Below are positions 56,097 through 64,000 of a stretch of 64,000 bases of DNA, piece after piece. The DNA comes from a virus. Its lineage: Duplodnaviria; Caudoviricetes. A model generated the notes under the pieces. The model was not told the DNA's origin. It saw only the letters and a program-made list of their open reading frames with translations, and did no database searches. The stretch lies in the IMG/VR virus record IMGVR_UViG_3300005573_000075, positions 1-64,000 of that record. One strand, 5' to 3'. Every line of letters begins with the position of its first letter. The first letter of the stretch is position 1. The position numbers and the translations under genes were made by a program.

Positions 56097-58211
56097 ATGA
56101 GAAATGATAATAAATATAAATTTTTTGCAAAACAAATATTAACACCTGAAGTGTTAAACAATACTATTGACACTTTGGTTGAGGATATAGGTCAACATTA
56201 TTTTATTCATCAGGAAGGTATAATTCCTGCTAAAGAGATGTATAATTTGACAGGTAATAATAAATGGCAATTATTTAGCGATTTTGAGATTACTGCAGCT
56301 ACAGGATTAAATGTAAATATCGGCCCTGGAGTTGCTATTAATAAAAATGGAGAATTAATAATCATTCCTACAGATGATACAAATACATATGACCCTGCTA
56401 ATGTTACTAAAGTTGATCAAGATGGGAGGCTTATTCCACAATCATCAGGACATTTAACTATTCCTATTCCTGCGGGTTCCACTAAATATATTTATATATC
56501 TTATTTGAAAGTTACTAAAATTAGTAATGTTGAACCACACCCAAATTCAAATGATGAGTACACTTTAAATACAGAAACAGGGGATCTGAATTATATTCAT
56601 TATGTCAATGGATATAATATAGAATTATTTGATACTCTACAAATAGGGACAGATAAGATTTATTTAGGTAAAGTTACCGCAGATATTGCAAATGTATATA
56701 TAGATATGAGTGGTAGAACATTTGCATATATACCAGCTACATATATAAAAACGAAGGTCCCTGCCGCTAATCCTACTATCAATTATAATTCAGGGGATTT
56801 AGTGAGTATAGAAAATCACATAAATTCAGTAGGGGATATTACAGCTATATCTAAAAATAATCCACATGGGATAACAATAAATAGTATTCCAGATCTTGCT
56901 AATAGATTTAATATGTTTTCTACTCATGGTGAATTGTTCAATGAAAATGGCTTAATAGATAAAGATAAACAGATGTTACCTATTATATTAGGATCAGGAC
57001 TTCGAGGGGTACCTTATGTATCATTAAATCCTCTTTTAAATGACCAATATATCCTTTTGAATACAAAATTGTATTCAATTGAGGCTATTGTATATTCCGA
57101 AATATTTTTGAATAATATATTACAGATGTCTGCTATTACGTCACCTACTTTTTATGTAGATTTTCCTACTAGTAGGGCTAATGGTGTTTATTATATCGTT
57201 TTGTTTGAGTATACTGTAGACAATGTTGTTTATATTGCAGTAAAGGCTATACAAGCTACTAATATAGGTACTTTAAATAAACAAACCGTTTATGATTTAA
57301 TATTACATCCTGAGGGGCATGGTATTGATTTAAGTTCTGAATTACCTGTATATATAGTGAATTGGCAAAATGGAAGTTTTGCACAAATAATAGATCCTTT
57401 TTCAGATACCATGGTAGATTCTATAGATATTAGAAAATTTGGATATATAGGTAATACTTTGATACATAATACAGCATCAAAAGATATATTCTATTTAGAT
57501 CATAATTTAATTTTGAATAATAAGAGTATCACTGTATTTAATAATACATATTCCGATAAATTAACTATACAACCTCAAACTAATTATATTGATTTAACTG
57601 GTACTAATTTGAATATTGGTTTTGATAAACTATATGTAAAAGGAATTACAGGGGATAAAGATTTTAATATAAATGGGGTTACTCAAATTAATGGCGAATT
57701 ATATTTAAAATCATCTAACAATGATGCAGTAATATATAGGTATGCAGGGAATAATCCATATATTAAATATAACAATAGCACGGGTACTTGGCGAATTTCT
57801 AATGATGGTACTTCAGAAGAAGATATCAATATGTGGTCCATGCCTAGGTGGTTGAAGTTTAATGTTGATTATAGTAAATTTTCCGTAGCTGGTACCCAGA
57901 CAAGTTATAAGATTTATGACTTACCTGCTGGGGCGGTTATTCATATGGTTAAGATAAAACATTCTGTGGCGTTTAATTTATCACCATATTATTTATCTGT
58001 AGGGATATATTCAGATTTAACTAAATATACTTCGTTATTTGATGTTAGTACTGCAATATCTTCAACAAATTTTTATTTAGCTACTAATAATATAAGTGAA
58101 GATCATGATAATACTGTTGAAATATATGTGCAAGCTGTAGCGAACGCTAATTTGAATGGAGCTTCCGCTGGAGTGGCGGATATTTGGTTACTAGTAAGTA
58201 TAGCTAAGTAA
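56097..58211 (+). CDS. tail fibre / baseplate-attached protein
   Basis: TGLNVNIGPGVAI N-terminal module, NPHGITI motif, beta-rich. Confidence 0.65.
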   Translation: MRNDNKYKFFAKQILTPEVLNNTIDTLVEDIGQHYFIHQEGIIPAKEMYNLTGNNKWQLFSDFEITAATGLNVNIGPGVAINKNGELIIIPTDDTNTYDPANVTKVDQDGRLIPQSSGHLTIPIPAGSTKYIYISYLKVTKISNVEPHPNSNDEYTLNTETGDLNYIHYVNGYNIELFDTLQIGTDKIYLGKVTADIANVYIDMSGRTFAYIPATYIKTKVPAANPTINYNSGDLVSIENHINSVGDITAISKNNPHGITINSIPDLANRFNMFSTHGELFNENGLIDKDKQMLPIILGSGLRGVPYVSLNPLLNDQYILLNTKLYSIEAIVYSEIFLNNILQMSAITSPTFYVDFPTSRANGVYYIVLFEYTVDNVVYIAVKAIQATNIGTLNKQTVYDLILHPEGHGIDLSSELPVYIVNWQNGSFAQIIDPFSDTMVDSIDIRKFGYIGNTLIHNTASKDIFYLDHNLILNNKSITVFNNTYSDKLTIQPQTNYIDLTGTNLNIGFDKLYVKGITGDKDFNINGVTQINGELYLKSSNNDAVIYRYAGNNPYIKYNNSTGTWRISNDGTSEEDINMWSMPRWLKFNVDYSKFSVAGTQTSYKIYDLPAGAVIHMVKIKHSVAFNLSPYYLSVGIYSDLTKYTSLFDVSTAISSTNFYLATNNISEDHDNTVEIYVQAVANANLNGASAGVADIWLLVSIAK

Positions 58212-58221
58212 GGAGAATTTT

Positions 58222-58692
58222 ATGGCGGTGATTGAAAATAAAAATAGTAATATAAAACCTGGTACAGTTATGGCGTTTCCTATTAATAGTGTTCCAGAAG
58301 GGTGGTTAATGTGTAATGGTGCGGCATATAGTCGTACTGTATACAATAAGTTGTTCGCTGTAATAGGAACAACTTATGGGGCGGGGGATGGGAGTACCAC
58401 TTTTAATGTGCCGGATTTTAGAGGTAGATTTTTGAGGGGATATGGAACAGATCCTGCTGACCCTAATAGATATAGCGATGCAATAGGAACATATCAAGCC
58501 GATGGATTTAAAAATCACGAACATCAAGTTGTGGGTTATTATAGAGGTGTAGAGGGTGATGGTGGAACGGCTGTTCACGCTTTTTATTTATCAGGTGCAA
58601 CCGCATATACACAGGTTATTCCAATAACAGTTGGTGGTGGGTTAGAAACAAGACCTGTAAACATGGCAGTAGTATATTGCATTAAATACTAA
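58222..58692 (+). CDS. tail collar domain protein
   Basis: PGTVMAF..PEGWLMCNGAAYSRTVYNKLFAVIGTTYGAGDGSTTFNVPDFRGRFLRG..ETRPVNMAVVYCIKY. Confidence 0.93.
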   Translation: MAVIENKNSNIKPGTVMAFPINSVPEGWLMCNGAAYSRTVYNKLFAVIGTTYGAGDGSTTFNVPDFRGRFLRGYGTDPADPNRYSDAIGTYQADGFKNHEHQVVGYYRGVEGDGGTAVHAFYLSGATAYTQVIPITVGGGLETRPVNMAVVYCIKY

Positions 58693-58703
58693 AGGAGATT
58701 TCA

Positions 58704-59303
58704 ATGGCAAATATTAAACAAGTTTATCAATACGATTCAAACACAAAAGAGTTCATAAACATAACATTAGCCCAAGAATCCCCCCTCGAACCAGGTGTTT
58801 GGGCGTTACCGCCCAACACCACTGAAATTGCACCGCCACAGGTGGGGCAATTTCAGAAACCGGTGTGGAATGAAACAACTAAGCAATGGGATATAAAACC
58901 TGATTATAGGAATGCTAAAGTTTATTCCACAAGTGGGGCTAATATAGGTCAAGAGATAAAGCTTGAACTTGGGCAGGATTTAGGTACCAATACATTAATA
59001 GAACCGCCGAAATTGACTAAATTGTATGAAGAATTAAAATGGCAGGGTTATTGGCTTATTGCCAATAACCCGGAGAAGGGGATGGAGTTGATAAGGGCAG
59101 AACGTAATAGATTACTAAGTTCAACAGATTGGTTAGTTTTAAGGCATCAAGATGAGATAGCAAGAGGGGTTACGACTACATTAACATCAGGACAATATCA
59201 AGAACTTCTAAATTATAGACAAGCCTTGAGAGACTTGCCGGATAATCCAAACTTAGATGTATTTAACCCTGTTTATCCCGCAAAACCAAGTTGGCTACAG
59301 TGA
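58704..59303 (+). CDS. tail fibre assembly chaperone
   Basis: ESPLEPGVWALPPNTTEIAPP, IRAERNRLLSSTDW, YRQALRDLP. Confidence 0.88.
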   Translation: MANIKQVYQYDSNTKEFINITLAQESPLEPGVWALPPNTTEIAPPQVGQFQKPVWNETTKQWDIKPDYRNAKVYSTSGANIGQEIKLELGQDLGTNTLIEPPKLTKLYEELKWQGYWLIANNPEKGMELIRAERNRLLSSTDWLVLRHQDEIARGVTTTLTSGQYQELLNYRQALRDLPDNPNLDVFNPVYPAKPSWLQ

Positions 59304-59311
59304 GAAAAAAA

Positions 59312-59336
59312 ATGACAATAAAGGGGATATATAATA
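59312..59336 (+). promoter_or_regulatory. conserved phage promoter motif
   Basis: ATGACAATAAAGGGGATATATAATA. Confidence 0.8.
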
Positions 59337-59351
59337 GAGAGGATCAAACCA

Positions 59352-59669
59352 ATGGCACCAAATAATGATATGCTTTTTAAAATGATTCATGACTTAACCG
59401 TAGAGCATACAAAAGCGGTAGATTCTTTGGATAAGTTATTATCTCAATTAAATGATATTTTAAATGAATTAAAAGAATTAAATAAAAGGCATATTGAAGA
59501 TACTGATAAATTCAAGAAAGATTTGGAAAATAATCATCATAAAATTAATAAAAGTATAAAATATTTAATATGGGTAAATATTGGAGCATTGACGATTCTG
59601 TTAATAACTGTAAAAGACCCTATAAATTTATTAGAGCATGTATTTAAATTTTTTGTAAATCTTTTCTGA
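59352..59669 (+). CDS. coiled-coil protein with one C-terminal transmembrane helix; holin candidate
   Basis: YLIWVNIGALTILLITV; own promoter motif. Confidence 0.45.
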   Translation: MAPNNDMLFKMIHDLTVEHTKAVDSLDKLLSQLNDILNELKELNKRHIEDTDKFKKDLENNHHKINKSIKYLIWVNIGALTILLITVKDPINLLEHVFKFFVNLF

Positions 59670-59670
59670 T

Positions 59671-59796
59671 ATGAGAAATAGGAAAGTAAAAATTGAAACA
59701 CTTCAACAATATATGAAAATTTTGAAAAAAGAAAGATATATCTTTGCTAAGTATAAAACAAATTTAAAGAAACTAAATGGGGGACATGTAGGTTAA
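59671..59796 (+). CDS. possible small basic protein (41 aa; not in the ORF track)
   Basis: MRNRKVKIETLQQYMKILKKERYIFAKYKTNLKKLNGGHVG exactly fills the gap between neighbours. Confidence 0.4.
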   Translation: MRNRKVKIETLQQYMKILKKERYIFAKYKTNLKKLNGGHVG

Positions 59797-59797
59797 A

Positions 59798-60319
59798 ATG
59801 GATTACGCTTCTAAAATAAGATTGTTAAGAATCCCGCTGGATGAAAACTATAAAGAGGTTTCAGTATTATATTTATATGACCCTATAGCGAACGCTTTTG
59901 CTCCCGCTAGTTCAGTGCCATTTGACAATGACACTTTAGCGATGAATGTTAATATAGTGGGAGGATTATTACAAACTCAGAATTTACAAGTTACTTCAGA
60001 TGCTGTAATAGATAAAAGCAAGACACAAATAACAACTTCTAATGGTTGGCAGTCAGTTATATTGGATACTAAAAAAAGTTTAAATAAAACTATAACTATA
60101 AAAAATGCAGGGACTCAGGATATTTTAATAAGAATATCAGGATCTTTAGATGGCGAAGAATGGGATATATCTTTATTAGGAGAAACTTTATTAACTCCTA
60201 ATAATAAAGTTATTATATACAATAATAAATATTATTATTCTATGACAGTAGATGTACGCAATGCGGTAACTAATATGAGTTCTACCGCAATAGTTAAATT
60301 TGCTGGAATCGCAGCGTGA
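59798..60319 (+). CDS. putative virion appendage protein (beta-rich)
   Basis: Composition and context. Confidence 0.5.
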   Translation: MDYASKIRLLRIPLDENYKEVSVLYLYDPIANAFAPASSVPFDNDTLAMNVNIVGGLLQTQNLQVTSDAVIDKSKTQITTSNGWQSVILDTKKSLNKTITIKNAGTQDILIRISGSLDGEEWDISLLGETLLTPNNKVIIYNNKYYYSMTVDVRNAVTNMSSTAIVKFAGIAA

Positions 60320-60326
60320 GGATAAT

Positions 60327-60827
60327 ATGAGTATACTAGATTTTTTAAAAAATAAACCCTTAGAAGGTGGAGCTGTAATACAAACAGACAGTGGAACCAC
60401 TACTTCAAGAATCATTACTTTAGACGAAACTCCTACATTCATATCTGACTTAAATCAAAATTTATTACAAGTTAATAATGATGGTTCTTTATCTGTTAAA
60501 CCAAAAGAGCGGATTTTTGCGGGGGAAACAATAACTACTACAGATTCTTATACTAATATTCGCCCTGTAAATGGTAATTTTGATACTAAATTATTAGCAC
60601 ATAAGACATTTATATGTGCTAATATAGATAATAAACCAGCACTTTTAACGGTTAAATATACTTTAGATAATACTTTCTATTTTGTAACTCAGTCTAATAT
60701 TACTTTGAATGCTAGTGAAATATTTTTATTAGATGAAGCTAAAGCTATTATGGCTATTAGTTTTGAAGCGAAATCTAAGAATGTAGGGCAACCTACAACT
60801 TTATATTCTGTAGGCTATGGATTTTAA
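60327..60827 (+). CDS. putative virion appendage protein (start revised to 60327)
   Basis: GAGGA before ATG 60327. Confidence 0.5.
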   Translation: MSILDFLKNKPLEGGAVIQTDSGTTTSRIITLDETPTFISDLNQNLLQVNNDGSLSVKPKERIFAGETITTTDSYTNIRPVNGNFDTKLLAHKTFICANIDNKPALLTVKYTLDNTFYFVTQSNITLNASEIFLLDEAKAIMAISFEAKSKNVGQPTTLYSVGYGF

Positions 60828-60836
60828 GGAGTAAAA

Positions 60837-62060
60837 ATGGGTTCAATAGTATTGAATTCTCAAACTGGGGAAGTTAATAGCACCGCTATTATTAATATTA
60901 ATAATCAATTAGCGGATTCTCAAGGGACTATAATAAATCCTGCTAAGGAAGATGGTAATTTACAAACAATATCTAGTGAAATTGTAACTAAATTAAATTT
61001 AACTTTATCAGATTTATTAAATGGAATTAAAGGAATAGATAATAAAGATATATCTACTTTAGAACAAAAAATTATCGATTTACAAACATTTTTAAATAAT
61101 AAATTTAATTTATCTATACAAGATTTAGCTAATGCTCTAGAACAGATAACAGTTACTATTGATAATATAATAGGAATTAAAGATACTTCAGGAACGCAAA
61201 TAAATCCTGCTACTTTAGAAAGTATTCAAGGATTAAATACTTTACTTACAGATATAAAAACTTTAATAAATTCATTGGATACAAAAACTATTATAGTAAA
61301 TACTAATGATGTTAAGATTACAAGTTCAGTATTACCTACTAATGCGGCTAAAGAAGCAGGAGGGAATCTTGATTTAATTAAATCAAATACAGATAAAATA
61401 GATGTTTCTTTATCCACCAGAGCAACAGAAACTACTTTACAAAATATAGATACCAATGTAATAGCATTAAGTCCAAAGGTTGATGCTATTAAAACTCAAT
61501 TAGATACACGAGTAAGGGGTCTTTTTGATGTTAATGGAGATCCTATAAATTCAGTTTTAATACCTATAACAGGTAATAGAAGTATATCTAATTTAAGTGC
61601 CACAATAGATCAATATTATGCTTTTAATAAACAGATGTTTTATTATGGATATTCTGTATCTATTGGTGGTAATGATACGAATGTTATGGCACTAATAAAT
61701 CCTGTGGGTAGTGGAAAAACGATTTTAATTAAAAGAATATGTATAGCAAGAAATCAAGATAATAATAATGGAGTTTTCTTTTCTATTAGATCAGGGGCTA
61801 CGGTATCTTCAGGAACACCAGTAACTCCATTATCCACAATAAGTGGTGGAACTTCAGCTGCAGTTTTATATACCGCTCCTGCGGTAACTGCCACAGGAAA
61901 TTTATTATGTGTTATGGCATTAAATTCAAATGAAAGTAGCAAGCAAGAAGATTTTAATTTAATATACGGATTAAATACAGGAGAAAATTTACTTATAATA
62001 GGCAACGCTACTGCTAATGGAACTCCGTGTTTTGTTACTCTTAATTGGGTGGAGGTATAG
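60837..62060 (+). CDS. putative fibre/whisker protein (coiled-coil shaft plus C-terminal beta domain)
   Basis: Recurring INPAxxxxLQ motifs, T/N-rich shaft. Confidence 0.55.
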   Translation: MGSIVLNSQTGEVNSTAIININNQLADSQGTIINPAKEDGNLQTISSEIVTKLNLTLSDLLNGIKGIDNKDISTLEQKIIDLQTFLNNKFNLSIQDLANALEQITVTIDNIIGIKDTSGTQINPATLESIQGLNTLLTDIKTLINSLDTKTIIVNTNDVKITSSVLPTNAAKEAGGNLDLIKSNTDKIDVSLSTRATETTLQNIDTNVIALSPKVDAIKTQLDTRVRGLFDVNGDPINSVLIPITGNRSISNLSATIDQYYAFNKQMFYYGYSVSIGGNDTNVMALINPVGSGKTILIKRICIARNQDNNNGVFFSIRSGATVSSGTPVTPLSTISGGTSAAVLYTAPAVTATGNLLCVMALNSNESSKQEDFNLIYGLNTGENLLIIGNATANGTPCFVTLNWVEV

Positions 62061-62061
62061 A

Positions 62062-62700
62062 ATGTTTGATGTAATAACTTTAGACTACCCTCAGTTTACG
62101 GACATAGTAACAAAGAAAAAGGCAAGAATACAGTATATTGAAAAAGAAAATCAGTATTGTCTATTTGCGTATGATGGACCAATAAAATATTACACTTGTA
62201 TTTATAAACAAGACCCAAAGATTGATAATTTTAATTGGGTTCAAGAGCAAAATAATTTAAATGACTTTGAAAGTAAATATAAACCTATTGCTAATAGACC
62301 TATCAGTTTTAGTCCTGTGGAAGGTGAGAGCGTTTTTAAATCTTTTTTGTTAGAAATTCTAGATAACCAACAGCAAGGAATTATATCAATAGATATAGCG
62401 GAAGTTTACGGTAAGGATATAGAATTAAGAAGGGTTAGACCAAGACCTGTTCAAGCAAAAAAGGGAGATAAGGTTCATTTTGAAGTCTGGGCTAAGGAAG
62501 GATATGGGTTGCCTACTGATGCTCCTTTACGAAAATTCGGAGAAACCTATCTTGAAGGTGGAGATGGCTGGTCTGGTCCCTGGTATGAAGGAGTAGGGAC
62601 TGCTCAAATTTCACAAATTTTTATACTTAAATTAATATATGATAAAGGGTCAGATTTAACTTACAGGAGATTTTACTTGGATGTTGAGGTAATAGTTTGA
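62062..62700 (+). CDS. hypothetical protein (start revised to 62062)
   Basis: GGAGGT before ATG 62062. Confidence 0.6.
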   Translation: MFDVITLDYPQFTDIVTKKKARIQYIEKENQYCLFAYDGPIKYYTCIYKQDPKIDNFNWVQEQNNLNDFESKYKPIANRPISFSPVEGESVFKSFLLEILDNQQQGIISIDIAEVYGKDIELRRVRPRPVQAKKGDKVHFEVWAKEGYGLPTDAPLRKFGETYLEGGDGWSGPWYEGVGTAQISQIFILKLIYDKGSDLTYRRFYLDVEVIV

Positions 62701-63902
62701 TGAGAAATTTAGATTATATTTTAAATCGTTTCATTCGCAAAGCTCAGCAAGAGATAGCAGAAGTTCAGCCGTCTGAAAAGGGGATAATTATTGTTTTTGA
62801 AGGATTAGATGGAAGTGGAAAATCTACTCAAGTTAAATTGTTAGCTTCTATTTTTGAAAAAATAGGAAAAGAAGTAGTAGTATCTAAATGGAATTCAGCT
62901 AATAAAATTTCTGATATAATAAGAGAATTGAAAAATAAAAAAGATTTAAAGCCTCAAACTTGGATTTTATTAGAAGCAGCCGATTTATATGAAAGATTGC
63001 GTACTTGTATATTACCGGTCGTTGCTAGAGGCGGTATTGCTATTTTAGATAGATATTATTATACCGCTTTGGTAAGAGGGACAGTAAGAGGATTAAATTT
63101 AGGATGGATCTATAATTTATATAAATATGCTCCTAAACCAGATTTTATATTCTATTTTAAAGTAGATCCTTCCGTATCTATGACTAGAGTAATTAAAAGA
63201 TCTAAAGAATTGACATTATCAGATGTAATAGATATAGATCATTCTTTAAAATTTTATGAAACTGGACAAGATGTTTCATTAGCAGAAAATGCATTGGCAA
63301 ATTTTTATATGTTTCAAAAAGAAATGCTTTCTTTATATGATTTAATTTTTAATGAATTAAAAGATAAAATATACTATATAGACGCTTCAAAAGATATTTT
63401 TTCAATATATGGGGATATATTAGAATATTTAAGAGAATATAAAATATTACAAGGGTTTAGAAAATTTAAAGATATTGTTTATTTTGTGGAATTTCCAAAA
63501 GGTTCAGTAAGAGTAGCTGGAGATAATAAATTAGTAATGCCATGTGAATATGGATTCATTCCCAATACATTAGGGGAAGATTTAATGGAAATAGATGTTA
63601 TAGTTGGGGATAATGAGAATAGCAATAAAGTAATAAAATTTTATCATCATAATAAAAAAGGGAAATTTTCTGAAGTAAAATATGCTATAGGGTTTTCTTC
63701 TACTCAAGATGCTATAGAACATTATTCAAAGATATATCCTAACAGAATACTTAAGTATGATGAATTAAATTGGGATATGTTTAAAAAGGAAATTAATGAG
63801 AATAAATTAGATCCTAAAACGCAATTTGTGGAGAATTTAATAAAAATAAATATAGGTAAGGGATATGAAAATAGTAATACAGAGAATCAAACAATTTCCT
63901 GA
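62697..63902 (+). CDS. tmk: thymidylate kinase fused to an inorganic-pyrophosphatase-like domain
   Basis: P-loop FEGLDGSGKSTQ, ILDRYYY, PKPDFIFYF; C-terminal IVYFVEFPKGSVR..EYGFIPNTLGEDLMEIDVIVG..EVKYAIGF. Confidence 0.85.
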   Translation: MMRNLDYILNRFIRKAQQEIAEVQPSEKGIIIVFEGLDGSGKSTQVKLLASIFEKIGKEVVVSKWNSANKISDIIRELKNKKDLKPQTWILLEAADLYERLRTCILPVVARGGIAILDRYYYTALVRGTVRGLNLGWIYNLYKYAPKPDFIFYFKVDPSVSMTRVIKRSKELTLSDVIDIDHSLKFYETGQDVSLAENALANFYMFQKEMLSLYDLIFNELKDKIYYIDASKDIFSIYGDILEYLREYKILQGFRKFKDIVYFVEFPKGSVRVAGDNKLVMPCEYGFIPNTLGEDLMEIDVIVGDNENSNKVIKFYHHNKKGKFSEVKYAIGFSSTQDAIEHYSKIYPNRILKYDELNWDMFKKEINENKLDPKTQFVENLIKINIGKGYENSNTENQTIS

Positions 63903-64000
63903 TTGTACTATAGGGGAATTATATTTTGAAGATAATAATAATTCTAATTTGTTTTGTAATACTTTGGAGGATGTTGTAAGGCCAATTTCAGAAAAAATAT
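63865..64000 (+). CDS. DUF5675-like protein, N-terminus (runs off the window end; not in the ORF track)
   Basis: MKIVIQRIKQFPDCTIGELYFED..FCNTLEDVVRPISEKI. Confidence 0.7.
   Translation, partial: MKIVIQRIKQFPDCTIGELYFEDNNNSNLFCNTLEDVVRPISEKI

Overview
AT-rich segment of a large, bacterium-infecting, contractile-tailed phage (strong AGGAGG ribosome-binding sites, sigma70-like promoters). Positions 1-7015 are a mostly leftward accessory operon: partial RNA ligase, DNA methyltransferase, RuvC resolvase, papain-like protease, DarG-like macrodomain and a very divergent GroEL-like chaperonin. Positions 7016-8309 are a structured non-coding strand-switch locus (hairpin array, iteron-like repeats, purine tract, (TTA)n) that looks like an origin or packaging locus. 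Positions 8310-64000 are one rightward virion module: terminase, intein-containing portal, prohead protease, major capsid, neck, sheath, two tubes, frameshifted tail chaperone, tape measure, baseplate and fibres. The best candidate for an undescribed system is a LigD-type end-joining kit split over separate genes inside the head-gene region (ATP-dependent ligase, primase-polymerase, 3'-phosphoesterase, and a HAD phosphatase fused to a degenerate polymerase paralogue). Its domain borders carry K-x-[A/S] motifs that may be prohead-protease sites, suggesting the enzymes are packaged (inference). The second candidate is a TnpB-only IS200/IS605 element (two full copies and a 48-bp miniature) whose tnpB sits behind the same conserved promoter motif the phage uses for its virion genes. 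No CRISPR array, tRNA, rRNA, Ku or tnpA was seen. All family assignments are from motif recognition by eye; no database search was run.
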